A stretch of DNA of 32,792 bases from Deinococcales bacterium (GCA_031414595.1 JANNVX010000035.1:1-32792); one strand, 5' to 3'. Numbered from the stretch's first letter, positions 1 through 9,813 are shown. The notes: generated by a model not told the origin, from the sequence alone. Numbers and translations: made by a program.

Positions 1-267
1 GGCTGATGGTGGTTATGCGGGTCAATTGCTTGAGTGGGTCAAAACCTTTTGTTGCTTTATCCTCGAGATTGTTAAGCGTTCTGATACAGCCAGTGGATTT
101 GTTGTCTTACCGCGTCGTTGGGTGGTGGAACGGTCGTTTGCGTGGCTGACTCGTTGTAGGCGTTTAACTGGTGATTTTGAGGGCTTACCGAGTACAACCG
201 AATCTTGGGTTTATTTGGCGAATATTCAGTTGATTTTGAGACGTTTTGACACTTTATAAACACGCTC
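1..267 (+). mobile_element. IS5-family insertion sequence (IS1031-like), right end, truncated by window start
   Basis: Transposase C-terminus followed by TTTATAAACACGCTC, then TTA (268-270). This fits a GAG-initiated terminal IR and a TNA target as in the IS1031 group. Confidence 0.75.
2..259 (+). CDS. IS5-family DDE transposase, C-terminal part (5' partial)
   Basis: Frame is open from base 2: ADGGYAG...[29 protein letters not shown], typical IS5 motifs (ADxGY; RWxVERxFAW). Confidence 0.9.
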   Translation, partial: ADGGYAGQLLEWVKTFCCFILEIVKRSDTASGFVVLPRRWVVERSFAWLTRCRRLTGDFEGLPSTTESWVYLANIQLILRRFDTL

Positions 268-287
268 TTACACAAATCTTTGTTTTT

Positions 288-1700
288 TTAGGGCAGAATC
301 TCGAGGGTACGGATTTTATTAAAGCCCGTCTGACTTTCCCAAACACCTTGGTTAGCAAGTCGAATTGCAAACTCTGGCTTATTTTTTAGGCTTATTTCAG
401 GGTCAAAAAGATGCAGCAACACATCGTATTGACCCGATTCAAGGTCTGAGGGTAAAGATAGGGTTGTTTCAAACTGGATGGTTTGACCAGCCGCCCAGAA
501 ACGCGGGTCAAGCAAGCGATTTTGCGGGATGCTCTGCCCGTCAGTAATGTTCAGCACATATGTTTTTTTGCCACGCAGAACAACTGCTAAGCCTCGAGGA
601 TTAAACGGTGCGGCAAAGCCTGTGTTTTTAAGACTGATTTTTAGGCTTAGCGCTTGGTTGGCTTTGATTGCACTTGGCATGGAGGTCTCGAGCAATTCAA
701 AACGGTATCCAAGACGGCGCTTAATCGCCTCTAAACACCCTTCTTGTTGCCATACAGCATAGACATCTGTGTGATAATCTCGGTTGAGCGCCGTGTATTT
801 GAAGCGTTGTAAATCTTGTAGTGCATTTTGGCAACCAATAAAGGCTTGGGCTTCGGCATTAGCGTTGCAAGTCTCGCCACCCTGGGGTAAGAATTGGTTA
901 TCTAACTCGAGAAAGGTTTTTAGGGCTTCTCGAGCCGCCGCATTTTCTGGATATGTTCCCCAATCGGTTTTGGAAGCCAAAAAACAATCGTTATGTGCGC
1001 CAACTCGAGCGCGATCCGAACCCGAAAAGGCTTCGCTTGGACTGAGCGGCGTATTGCCAAATAATTGTTGTTTGTGCGGTGGGTAACGCAGTGTCAGCAT
1101 TCTTGACTTGGGTAGAATTTGCAATAAACGCTTGACAATCTGGGTAGAAGCGGCATTGACTCCATCAGAACCGACCAGTTGATTGGTAGAACTGTGCCAT
1201 TCGCCCCATGCACCAATAAACCCTGCTTCCATGAAACTCAAAATGTCGGCGTTGTTTTTTAGCAGTGGCTCGAGTTGATCAAGATGCCCAAGAACCCGTG
1301 CTAAAGACGCATCCGGGTCTTTGAATGGGTATGTGCCGCCATTCGGGAAATTATAAGTAAAACGTGGAATGATTTTCATGCCCGCATCCCGAGCTTTAGC
1401 AAATTCGGAATTCAAAAAGGTGAGTGCATCGGCACTTATATCCGAATTCAGGAATTCATCTATCCTGATGTACAAACGCAGCGTGGATACACCCTCGGCT
1501 CGAGCTTTTAGGAGTGCATTGACACTCAATGGATTTCGTTTTGTCCCCTCTCCCATCAGACCTTCTTGCTGATAAAAACCACGTTCTGGATTGGCAAAAT
1601 TCTCTAAACTTGGTTCATACTTCTGGGTGCTGAATACAGGAGCAGCCGAAGCACAAGCACAGACAACCCCAAGAAATAAGAAAAGTTGGTACTTTTTCAT
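288..1700 (-). CDS. Secreted DUF4874/DUF4832 domain protein (glycoside-hydrolase-like)
   Basis: 470 aa with signal peptide. Motifs NPERGFY, GFIGAWGEWH, HNDCFLAS, LGYRF, NxGFAAPFNPR. TAATCT lies 6 nt upstream of the ATG. Confidence 0.8.
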   Translation of the reverse strand: MKKYQLFLFLGVVCACASAAPVFSTQKYEPSLENFANPERGFYQQEGLMGEGTKRNPLSVNALLKARAEGVSTLRLYIRIDEFLNSDISADALTFLNSEFAKARDAGMKIIPRFTYNFPNGGTYPFKDPDASLARVLGHLDQLEPLLKNNADILSFMEAGFIGAWGEWHSSTNQLVGSDGVNAASTQIVKRLLQILPKSRMLTLRYPPHKQQLFGNTPLSPSEAFSGSDRARVGAHNDCFLASKTDWGTYPENAAAREALKTFLELDNQFLPQGGETCNANAEAQAFIGCQNALQDLQRFKYTALNRDYHTDVYAVWQQEGCLEAIKRRLGYRFELLETSMPSAIKANQALSLKISLKNTGFAAPFNPRGLAVVLRGKKTYVLNITDGQSIPQNRLLDPRFWAAGQTIQFETTLSLPSDLESGQYDVLLHLFDPEISLKNKPEFAIRLANQGVWESQTGFNKIRTLEILP

Positions 1701-1857
1701 GGCTTAAGATTAGGCTGTTCTGCTACAAATGTTATGAGCTACCTGTGAGTAACCATACCAGCAGTAGACACGGTAATTTTATGGCGTTACGCTACTTCCC
1801 GAGTTTTCTTGGGATTTTGGTCTGGATGCTAGAACAACCTTAAGGTACACTTCTACC

Positions 1858-3372
1858 ATGATTGTAATTCTTGATTTTGGTTCTCAGTTTACCCGTTTAA
1901 TCGCTCGGCGGTTTCGGGAACTGAATGCTTTCAGTATGATTTTATCGGGTAACGCGCCACTCGAGGAGATTCTCAAACTCGAGCCAAAAGCGATTGTCTT
2001 ATCTGGTGGTCCAAACAGTGTCTACGACGAGGCTGCACCCAAACCGAGCGCTGGGGTTCTCGAGTTGCCAATTCCGATTTTTGGGATTTGTTATGGAATG
2101 CAGTTCTTGGCACTGGCTTTGGGGGCAAAAGTCGAATCCTCGAGTGTCCGTGAGTATGGCAAAAGTGTTCTCTCGAGTTATTCTGGGGCATTGTTTGAAG
2201 GCATCGAAGGCGAATTTGTGGCTTGGATGAGCCACGGTGACAGTGCCAAAAGTTTGCCTGATGGGTTTTCGGTCACATGCAGCACCTCGGACACGGCGAT
2301 TGCTGGTTTTGAAAACCAAGCTGCCAAGCGTTACGGGATTCAGTTTCATCCCGAAGTGGTGCATACCCCAAAAGGTTCAAAAATTCTCGAGAATTTTATT
2401 GCCTTAGCAGGTGTGGCGCGGGATTGGACAGCCGAACATATTGTGGATGAGTTAATTGCTGATGTTCGCGCTAAAGTCGGTTCGGATAAAGTCATGCTGG
2501 CGGTCTCGGGTGGGGTTGACTCGAGTACCTTAGCGCTGCTCTTATCTAAAGCCATTGGTTCGCAACTCACCGCAGTCTTTGTCGATCATGGGCTGTTGCG
2601 GCTTAACGAACGTGAGGAAGTCGAAAAAGCCCTTGGCAATGCCGATTTACGGGTGGTGGATGCCTCTGAGCCGTTCTTATTGGCTTTAGAGGGCATCGAA
2701 GACCCCGAAGCCAAACGCAAAGTTGTCGGGCGTGAATTTATTCGGGTTTTTGAACGTGAAGCGCGGACACTCGAGGCTCAGGGCTACCGTTGGTTAGCCC
2801 AAGGCACACTCTACCCAGATGTGATTGAAAGCGCTGGCGGAATCGGTGCTGCCAACATCAAGAGCCATCATAATGTCGGTGGTTTACCCGACGACCTGAA
2901 TTTTGATCTTCTCGAGCCATTTCGTTTATTGTTTAAGGACGAAGTGCGTGAAATTGCCAAGGTGCTTGGTTTACCAGAAGCGATTCGTTTGCGCCATCCG
3001 TTTCCAGGTCCTGGTTTAAGCATTCGTATCTTGGGCGAAATCACCAAGCCAAAAATAGATATTTTGCAGCGTGTAGACGCAATTTTTATTGCTGCCCTCA
3101 AAGACTGGAATTTATATGATGCTGTCTGGCAAGCGCTGGCAGTCCTAACCCCTGTCAGAAGTGTCGGTGTTATGGGTGATGGTCGTACCTACAGTTATTT
3201 GGTGGCGCTGAGGGCAGTCACCAGTATTGATGGCATGACCGCAGACTGGGCGCGTTTACCGCATGATTTTCTCGAGTACGTCAGCACCAAAATTGTCAAT
3301 GCCGTTCCAGAAGTCAACCGCGTGGTTTACGATATTACTTCTAAGCCACCAGCCACGATTGAATGGGAATAA
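1858..3372 (+). CDS. guaA: GMP synthase (glutamine-hydrolysing)
   Basis: [36 protein letters not shown] and C-terminal [15 protein letters not shown] lies 6 nt upstream of the ATG (leaderless). Confidence 0.98.
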   Translation: MIVILDFGSQFTRLIARRFRELNAFSMILSGNAPLEEILKLEPKAIVLSGGPNSVYDEAAPKPSAGVLELPIPIFGICYGMQFLALALGAKVESSSVREYGKSVLSSYSGALFEGIEGEFVAWMSHGDSAKSLPDGFSVTCSTSDTAIAGFENQAAKRYGIQFHPEVVHTPKGSKILENFIALAGVARDWTAEHIVDELIADVRAKVGSDKVMLAVSGGVDSSTLALLLSKAIGSQLTAVFVDHGLLRLNEREEVEKALGNADLRVVDASEPFLLALEGIEDPEAKRKVVGREFIRVFEREARTLEAQGYRWLAQGTLYPDVIESAGGIGAANIKSHHNVGGLPDDLNFDLLEPFRLLFKDEVREIAKVLGLPEAIRLRHPFPGPGLSIRILGEITKPKIDILQRVDAIFIAALKDWNLYDAVWQALAVLTPVRSVGVMGDGRTYSYLVALRAVTSIDGMTADWARLPHDFLEYVSTKIVNAVPEVNRVVYDITSKPPATIEWE

Positions 3373-3374
3373 AA

Positions 3375-3402
3375 AAAATCCCCTGCAATTGCAGGGGATT
3401 TT
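3375..3402. terminator. Bidirectional intrinsic terminator
   Basis: Perfect palindrome AAAATCCCCTGCAATTGCAGGGGATTTT between the convergent guaA and 3D-domain genes. Confidence 0.9.
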
Positions 3403-3441
3403 AAGGCTTTTTTGCTCATCGCTCAAGACGCATAGCCCAAT

Positions 3442-4362
3442 TTACCTTCTACCAAGGCGAATAACCGTGACTCGGATTTGTCGTGCGCCCCACTGAATCG
3501 CAGCCCGACGGCTTGGCATCCAGACATCCACAGTGTTGCGTTTACGAATGTTCATGGTGTCTTCAACAATAAAGTTGACCCCAGAAAGCATACGGTTGTA
3601 TGTGCCGCGTCCACGTCCATTTGCCCAAGTCCCTAAGTCTTCGATGCGAACAATCGAACCGTATGGGATACGGCGCAGTAAATCCCTCGAGAGGGCAACC
3701 ACACCAAAGCGGGTGCGTGCGCCAGTGGCAGTTACAAATGGGCTGCTGTCGGTTTGGGCAGCCAATGAGTTATAAGCGGTGCTTTTGGCGGTAATCACCA
3801 TCAAGCTGCGGCTCGAGCTTGTCCGAACCACTGGGCTTGGTTTGGGGGCTGGCTTAACGGCGACTGGTTTGGCAGCCACTGGCTTTGGGGCTGGTTTAGG
3901 GGCTGGTTTGGCAGTCACTGGCTTTGGGGCTGGTTTTGGGGCAACTGAGGCGACAACTCGAGGAGGTGCGGGGGTAGTGACAATGGGTTTTGGGATATTG
4001 GTGCTGACAACAATTGGCATCACCAGACCAACAGGAACTTCAACGGGTTTGCTGGTTGGTTCGGTTGGTGTGGGTACAGTCACAGCCCGTGGTGCAGTAA
4101 TTGGGGTGCTGGCTGGACTTGGGACAGCCACTGGTTTTACTACAGCAGGTGTCGTAGGTGTGATGACTGAGGCGGGTGCAGGTTGAGTGCTGACTGGGAT
4201 TGGGGCGGCTTGGGGTTTGAAACCAATTGGTAACAGGTTCAGGGGCGACGGCAAGGGCATATTGGGCGATAAAAGTGTGCCATCGTCTGACTGGGCAAAA
4301 GATACGATAAAACTGGTAAGTGCAATCAGCAGCGCAAAAACGCGCATGGTTTGGTTCAACAT
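3442..4362 (-). CDS. Secreted 3D-domain protein (cell-wall related) with Pro/Ala/Lys-rich linker
   Basis: Start moved to 4362 (AGGAGA-ACA-ATG). Signal peptide, then C-terminal STAYNS..QTDSSPFVTATG..VALSRD..VEDTM..VDVWM. Confidence 0.85.
   Translation of the reverse strand: MLNQTMRVFALLIALTSFIVSFAQSDDGTLLSPNMPLPSPLNLLPIGFKPQAAPIPVSTQPAPASVITPTTPAVVKPVAVPSPASTPITAPRAVTVPTPTEPTSKPVEVPVGLVMPIVVSTNIPKPIVTTPAPPRVVASVAPKPAPKPVTAKPAPKPAPKPVAAKPVAVKPAPKPSPVVRTSSSRSLMVITAKSTAYNSLAAQTDSSPFVTATGARTRFGVVALSRDLLRRIPYGSIVRIEDLGTWANGRGRGTYNRMLSGVNFIVEDTMNIRKRNTVDVWMPSRRAAIQWGARQIRVTVIRLGRR
3835..3942 (-). repeat. Intragenic low-complexity tandem repeat (KPAP/KPV units)
   Basis: Repeated GGCTGGTTT(T/A)GG and CACTGGCTTTGGGGCTGG units encode PKPAPKPVTAKPAPKPAPKPVAAKPVAVKPAPKP. 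Confidence 0.85.
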
Positions 4363-4798
4363 TGTTCTCCTAAAGACCGAGCGAACTCGGGGTTGCAACT
4401 TGGATTTTGCATGAATGGGCAAATCCTTAAAAACTCGAGCCAAGAAAAAGCTGCTCGGCTGTCTGAGGGAGTTTAGGGAGTGGCTTTAAGCGTGTTCTGA
4501 GAAAACGAGCGTTTTTCTCTCATTTTTTTATTAACTTTATGGCAAACTCGAGTCTAAAAGAACGATTAAACGCCTTTCGTATCGGTTTTCAATTCTGAGA
4601 GAAGTGCCAAGAGAATCGGCTCTTTTCTCATTTCGTGGTTTCAATCTGTCCAAAATTTTCATAAACTAAAGCACAAGATATAGAATTAGATTTATAACAC
4701 ATACTATATATAGAATCAACTTTGAGGGGATGTTCGTCTCGAGCCACAAATGCTAAAGTTTTTTAAGTAATCTGGTTTTGAGAATAAAGGAGTTCATC

Positions 4799-5089
4799 AT
4801 GATTTTAAGACGTTTATACGAAATCAGCGCCTATCTAACCGTCGCTTTGGCGCTGTTTTGCTTGGTGTCTGGTTTTATCAATGCTGTATCAGGTAAAGGT
4901 CGTCCGGAATCGCTGGTTCTTGGAGTAGTGTTGGCTGCTTTTGTCGGCGTGTGTGGTTTTGTCATCCGCGAATTTGCTTTGTCTGGCGAGAAAAAAGGGC
5001 AGACTTATGTCGGTGTTGCCGAAAAAAGCGAAATCATGAAAGCCGAATCCTTAGCCCGTAAACCACAAAAAGTGGTTGTTAAAAGCTAA
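4799..5089 (+). CDS. Small hypothetical membrane protein (2 TM)
   Basis: AAGGAG RBS before the ATG at 4799; two hydrophobic segments. Confidence 0.7.
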   Translation: MILRRLYEISAYLTVALALFCLVSGFINAVSGKGRPESLVLGVVLAAFVGVCGFVIREFALSGEKKGQTYVGVAEKSEIMKAESLARKPQKVVVKS

Positions 5090-5150
5090 ATCGGTCTTGT
5101 CTTAAATGGGTTTACTTATTTGTAAGCTCATAGATTTTTTTTGGTGGTTT

Positions 5151-5639
5151 ATGAATATTTACTTAATACTGGCGGTACTTGTGGCTGTTTTTTTTGCCAT
5201 TGCCCTTTATTACGCCCTAAAATTCCCTAGTGGTAAATGGTTCAGTACCCGCCGCGACAAATTACTGCGTAAAACAGGACCGACTGCCGAAGCAATACTC
5301 GAGAACTTGAATGTACGTTTTTTAAGTCGGGCTGGCGGACAACCCCGTTTAATGCTGAACGCGGTGTACGGCTATCAAGTCAAGGAAACCAAGTACCAAA
5401 TCACTTTGCCTTTTGAAAGCGCTAAACTCCCAGACTCGAGCATTAAAAATGCCGTGACCACCCAAGAATTTGAACGTGAAATCCCCGAACAACTTGAACT
5501 CGAGAGCGGCTTAAAACTCGAGGGGCGCGAAAGTATTAAGCACTATTTTCTGGAATTACTGCGCCAAAAAAGCCCCAGCGTCACCGTGATTTACGATAAA
5601 CACAGCCCGAGTGTCAGCACCGTCCGAAATTGGCGCTAA
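5151..5639 (+). CDS. Hypothetical protein with N-terminal membrane anchor
   Basis: GGTGG before the ATG at 5151; N-terminal hydrophobic helix; 162 aa. Confidence 0.7.
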   Translation: MNIYLILAVLVAVFFAIALYYALKFPSGKWFSTRRDKLLRKTGPTAEAILENLNVRFLSRAGGQPRLMLNAVYGYQVKETKYQITLPFESAKLPDSSIKNAVTTQEFEREIPEQLELESGLKLEGRESIKHYFLELLRQKSPSVTVIYDKHSPSVSTVRNWR

Positions 5640-5680
5640 CCTAAAAATACTCGAGAAGAATGATAGGAAATAGCTAGAAG

Positions 5681-6880
5681 CTAATTTAGTGTAATTCGCA
5701 TGGCACGGTCTAAAAGCTCGAGCGTGGCGTTTTTCCATTCAAACTTAAAATTATCATGATGAACCCGTAAATCTGCGACACGATTTACGGCTGGTGCATT
5801 GGGTAATTTGACATAGGTCTGGGTAATCATCAATGGATTTTGTGCGCCAAATGTTAAACATGGCAAGTCCTCGAGTTCAAAAGAACCTTTGGCATCGCCT
5901 AAACGCAAGTAACGGCTGTGCAGCACCTCACCAGCCTCGAGCAATTCCATATTCAGCGGGTCAAAACCTTGGGGTTGAAGTGGGGTTTTAGACCTAATTT
6001 CAAGCATAAATCCGTAGCCATCAAAAAACTCGGCGCGTTTGGCTTCACGTGTTTGTTTAAGCGTTTCGATGTCTTGCCTAGCGCGTTCACGTTCATACTC
6101 GAGAATCGAGAAGGTTAAAGGGCGTTCTGGAGCAGTTTTTGCCACAGTTTTTAAGAGATTATCTGGATATTCGCTACCCAATTCCCGAATTTGCTGTGGT
6201 GCAAAACGGGTCAGTAATTCAATCCAAGCCCGCCCAATCGCGTAAGCTCGAGGGCGTATTTCATTGGGGGCAAAATCATCTTCGGGCAGCAGTAGGGCTT
6301 GGTTCATCACCCGACCTTCAACAAAATAGGCTGTACCTTCAATCCGCTCTAATTCTCGTTCAAAAACGCGGTGTTTTTCCTCGAGTTTGGCAAAGCGCGA
6401 GGCTCGGGCTTTTAAGGCGGCTCTTGCCCAGCCCAAGTCTTGTTGGGCAATGGCTCGAGATAAGGCACGGGTTTCAAGACGGCGCAGTGCCAGCGTGTCA
6501 ATGTCAAGCATCGGATAAGACAGTAAGTCCAGTTCATTGGCACTCCAACGCGGATACTGCATATTTTGGTAAACATGAAACGCCTCATGGATGGCAAGCC
6601 CAGCCGCCGTTTGGCTATCCACATTTTGTGCCATGACTGTCGCAACTGGTAAAAACTCGAGTGTCCCAGTGCTGTTGCCAATAATGGTTTCGGCACGTCC
6701 TTCCATCACATACCAATCCCATTCGGGTTCAAACGGGGCTGGTGGATTGGGATGATTAAACGCATAAGTACGAGTTCCATCCCAAACCAGCAGTGGAATC
6801 TCGAGTGGTGCAAAACCCGCCCAGAGTGGCTTGCGGCACATCTCGAGGTGGATGGTGTGAAAAGTGTCGGGGTCAAACAT
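5681..6880 (-). CDS. Putative gluzincin-like zinc metallopeptidase (uncharacterised)
   Basis: HEAFH (HExxH) plus downstream ERIEGTAYFVE. Start moved to 6880, with TAGACT 7 nt upstream. Confidence 0.6.
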   Translation of the reverse strand: MFDPDTFHTIHLEMCRKPLWAGFAPLEIPLLVWDGTRTYAFNHPNPPAPFEPEWDWYVMEGRAETIIGNSTGTLEFLPVATVMAQNVDSQTAAGLAIHEAFHVYQNMQYPRWSANELDLLSYPMLDIDTLALRRLETRALSRAIAQQDLGWARAALKARASRFAKLEEKHRVFERELERIEGTAYFVEGRVMNQALLLPEDDFAPNEIRPRAYAIGRAWIELLTRFAPQQIRELGSEYPDNLLKTVAKTAPERPLTFSILEYERERARQDIETLKQTREAKRAEFFDGYGFMLEIRSKTPLQPQGFDPLNMELLEAGEVLHSRYLRLGDAKGSFELEDLPCLTFGAQNPLMITQTYVKLPNAPAVNRVADLRVHHDNFKFEWKNATLELLDRAMRITLN

Positions 6881-6951
6881 TAAGTACAGTCTACGGGTTT
6901 TGGGATTTTGGTGTAAGCGCTTGCGATAAATTCTTGATTGTAAAATCAAAC

Positions 6952-6980
6952 TTGACAAATACTAAGTTTTGTTTTACATT
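6952..6980 (+). promoter_or_regulatory. Sigma70-type promoter of the DUF4097/DUF2089 operon
   Basis: TTGACA(6952-57)-17 bp-TACATT(6975-80), followed by an AAGGAG RBS and the ATG at 7009. Confidence 0.75.
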
Positions 6981-7008
6981 ATTTATAGCAGTATCAAAAG
7001 GAGTATTC

Positions 7009-7974
7009 ATGGATCCATTTCGTCAACGCATCGAAAACCTCTTACGTCAAGGCAAAATCAGCCCTGAAGAAGCCAACAAACTGATTCGCGCCCTCGAGCC
7101 AACCGGAGAAACCACCTCCGAAGCCCTGACTGGCAGCAGCCCTGTACCACCGCCGCCCAAAATTCAAGTTGTTGCCCCGCCACCGCCAATGCCTGTTGCA
7201 CCACCCCCGCAACCAGTCACGCCGCCCCCAGCCCCTAAAATCGAAGTGACAGTTACCCCACCAAAACCAAGTGTTCAAACCACTGTCCGTAGCCAAGCCA
7301 CCCTGTCTGGCAATATCCAAAAACTTGAAATCAGTGCCAACAGTGGCGACATCAATGTGACGGGCGTGGCTGGTTTAAGCCAAATTGAAGCCAGCGTCAA
7401 AAACGGCACACTCGAGACCACCAATGCAAACGGTTCAGCCCGAATTGTTGCCCACGGCAACTTAGATGACCCAACCGAAATTGGCTGGCTCAACACCGTG
7501 ATTAGAACCATCGGACGCGCCCTGCCGATTCAACTTGAGGTACGAGTCCCACAAGAATTGGCACACCTCGAAGTCAACCTTGTGGCTGGCGACCTCGATA
7601 TTATTGGTGTACACGGAAAAGTCGAACTCGACATCAGCGCTGGCGATGTCACCCTCGAAGGAGCAACGAGTTTTATGGTCAACGCCAAAGCCGGTGACAT
7701 TAAAATCAAAACCAAACTCGAGAATGGCGAATCCAGCGTTAAAGCTCTAGCTGGCGATGTCAAAGTTCAACTGCTTTCTGGCTCGAGTGTCGCCTTAAGT
7801 GCTAGGGTCAGCGCAGGTGATGTCAGCGCACGCGGCTTTATCCTCACCCAAACTGAAAAGAAATTGGTTGGCGGCAGCTTAGAAGGCAGGCTCGGTGCGG
7901 CTCGAGCCAAACTGAACTGTACTTTAATGGCAGGGGATTTGGACATTGTGGCAATAGACGGCACAAGTCAGTAG
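7009..7974 (+). CDS. SHOCT-like + Pro-rich linker + DUF4097 (adhesin-like beta-strand repeat) protein
   Basis: N-terminal RIENLLRQGKISPEEANKLI; repeated (S/A)GD(I/V/L) units; RBS-supported start at 7009. Confidence 0.8.
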   Translation: MDPFRQRIENLLRQGKISPEEANKLIRALEPTGETTSEALTGSSPVPPPPKIQVVAPPPPMPVAPPPQPVTPPPAPKIEVTVTPPKPSVQTTVRSQATLSGNIQKLEISANSGDINVTGVAGLSQIEASVKNGTLETTNANGSARIVAHGNLDDPTEIGWLNTVIRTIGRALPIQLEVRVPQELAHLEVNLVAGDLDIIGVHGKVELDISAGDVTLEGATSFMVNAKAGDIKIKTKLENGESSVKALAGDVKVQLLSGSSVALSARVSAGDVSARGFILTQTEKKLVGGSLEGRLGAARAKLNCTLMAGDLDIVAIDGTSQ

Positions 7975-8060
7975 GAAGAGGCAACAAGGCAAGGGCAAAA
8001 GGGGATGCGTTTTCCTCTTTTATCTTTTATCTTTCCTCAAAAAGCCCTAGGAGGCATATC

Positions 8061-8681
8061 ATGAGCGAAATTGAACGTGTGTTACAACTGGCAAAAGAAG
8101 GCAAAATCTCTAAAGATGATGCGGTTAAATTACTGCAAGCCTTGTCGGGGAGTCTTAAAAAACTTCCAGAGAGTACATGGGAACGCCTTTTTGCAATGAT
8201 GGATGAAGGCATGAGCGCCGATGCGCTTGCCCAAGTTCTCGAGGCTGGTGAAGAAGACGAAGAACCAAAGCGTTTCCGAACGGGTGTGATGATTAACGGT
8301 AAAGATGTCGGCAGAATTGTCGAAGATGCCTTATCTCGAGCCGGAGTTAGCACAGGCGGCAAATGGAAAGGAAAATGGAATGGCGATTGGAGTAGCCGCA
8401 ACGCCAGTCCTCACCCATCCGAAACTCGAGGGGCTGGCAATGCCCGTCTGATTAAAATTGAAATTAGCACCACCAATGGCGATAATGTGCGCGTCAATAT
8501 CCCGATAGGACTGGCAAATTTTGCCATGAAACTGATTCCCAAAGATGCCCAACGCACCATGAGCGAACAGGGTTTAGACATGGAAACCTTATCGGAAATG
8601 CTCAAAGGCGACTTACCCGAAGGGAATCTGGTTGACATCAACACTTCTGACGGGGATTCAGTTCGCATTAGTGTGCAGTAG
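8061..8681 (+). CDS. SHOCT-like domain protein (YvlB/LiaX N-terminal-like)
   Basis: ERVLQLAKEGKISKDDAVKLL; C-terminal VRVNIPIGLA..LVDI..DGDSVRISV; AGGAGG RBS. Confidence 0.75.
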   Translation: MSEIERVLQLAKEGKISKDDAVKLLQALSGSLKKLPESTWERLFAMMDEGMSADALAQVLEAGEEDEEPKRFRTGVMINGKDVGRIVEDALSRAGVSTGGKWKGKWNGDWSSRNASPHPSETRGAGNARLIKIEISTTNGDNVRVNIPIGLANFAMKLIPKDAQRTMSEQGLDMETLSEMLKGDLPEGNLVDINTSDGDSVRISVQ

Positions 8682-8749
8682 GGTCATGGAACTTGGTAGG
8701 CACTAGAATCTTTGCCACTACTCGAGAAAAACAGGTATAAAGGACAATT

Positions 8750-9118
8750 ATGATTCTCGATTTACCTACCCAATTCCAAGGCTCGAGCGAAACGCCACTG
8801 GTCACTAAACTGGTTTTCCCAGAATCTGGGGTGCAAATCGAAGGGACGTTTCGCCTCAACGAATTTGCAACGCTTGCCCCAGAACAACTCGAGTTTTTGC
8901 GCTTATACATTAAAGTCCGTGGCAACCTTAAAGAAGTTGAACGCATCCTTGGTTTATCCTATCCAACCATTCGCGCTCGGTTTGACGGGCTATTGAGGGC
9001 GTTGGGGTACGAACCAGAACCCGAAGAAACAGATGCTCGAGAAGCCATTCTTCGCGCCCTCGAGAAAGGCGAACTTGAAGCAGGTGAGGCAGCCGAAAAA
9101 CTCAAGAAATTGGGATAA
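8750..9118 (+). CDS. DUF2089 family HTH protein (putative regulator)
   Basis: IEGTF..FLRLYIKVRGNLKEVERILGLSYPTIRARFD; C-terminal ILRALEKGEL. Confidence 0.88.
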   Translation: MILDLPTQFQGSSETPLVTKLVFPESGVQIEGTFRLNEFATLAPEQLEFLRLYIKVRGNLKEVERILGLSYPTIRARFDGLLRALGYEPEPEETDAREAILRALEKGELEAGEAAEKLKKLG

Positions 9119-9161
9119 AGATTTTTTTAGGCTATGCAAATTCATGGTAATTTTTTACCCA

Positions 9162-9752
9162 ATGGAACTCTGGCTTATTCGGCATGGCGAAACACTTTGG
9201 AATAGAGAACAACGCGCTCAGGGACAACTCGATGTGCCACTATCGGGGCTTGGTCTCGAGCAAGCCGAAAAACTAGCCAAGCGCTTGCAGCACACCAAAT
9301 TTGATTGTATCGTCTCGAGCGATTTGCAAAGGGCGTACCGAACAGCCGAGATTGTGGCGGCTCGGCTCGAGTTGCCGATTTTGTCAAGCACGGCTTGGCG
9401 TGAAATCCATATGGGGATTGGTCAGGGTTTGACCTACTCAGAAATTTTTTCGCATCAAGGTGTTCGCCCAATTGACCAACCTTGGGAAGGCGGAGAATCC
9501 AAGCGTGATGTGATGAGCCGTGTGGCGGTGGCGATTGAAAAGCTATACAGCCAATTTGAGGGTTCTCGAGTAGCGGTTTTTTCGCACGGTGGGGCAATTC
9601 GCGGCGCGATTCATGTTCTCTTAAACGACTTAGACCAACGCCTTGATTTTGCCGAGCGTGGCAACACCAGTATTTCTAAACTCGAGGTTAAAGCGGGTAA
9701 TGTTGGGCGTTTATTGGTCTACAACGACACTGCCCATCTCGAAAGCCAATAA
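9162..9752 (+). CDS. Histidine phosphatase (phosphoglycerate mutase family)
   Basis: LIRHGET, SSDLQRA, GES, SHGGAIR, YNDTAHL. Start moved to 9162. Confidence 0.92.
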   Translation: MELWLIRHGETLWNREQRAQGQLDVPLSGLGLEQAEKLAKRLQHTKFDCIVSSDLQRAYRTAEIVAARLELPILSSTAWREIHMGIGQGLTYSEIFSHQGVRPIDQPWEGGESKRDVMSRVAVAIEKLYSQFEGSRVAVFSHGGAIRGAIHVLLNDLDQRLDFAERGNTSISKLEVKAGNVGRLLVYNDTAHLESQ

Positions 9753-9784
9753 ACAAATGTACCCCTATTGGTGACAACAAAAAG

Positions 9785-9813
9785 TTGCACTAACTCGAGA
9801 AGCGTACTAAACT
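9785..9813 (+). promoter_or_regulatory. Putative acnA promoter
   Basis: TTGCAC-17 bp-TAAACT upstream of the AAGGAG RBS. Confidence 0.6.

Noticed and set aside
1701-1857. Purine riboswitch upstream of guaA
   Set aside because: No purine aptamer consensus is visible and guaA appears leaderless. Only a small hairpin (1797-1814) is present.
3779-4414. Gly/Ala/Thr-rich + strand ORFs
   Set aside because: These are antisense shadows of the Pro/Ala/Lys-rich 3D-protein linker.
4363-4798. c-di-AMP (ydaO) riboswitch upstream of the 3D-domain gene
   Set aside because: The conserved GCUGAA and CCGUCAGCUAA elements were not found on the coding strand.
6793-7008. Long N-terminal extensions in the ORF track (6793, 6958, 9033, 4443, 30928)
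   Set aside because: They overlap neighbouring genes or promoters. RBS or -10 signals support the shorter starts.
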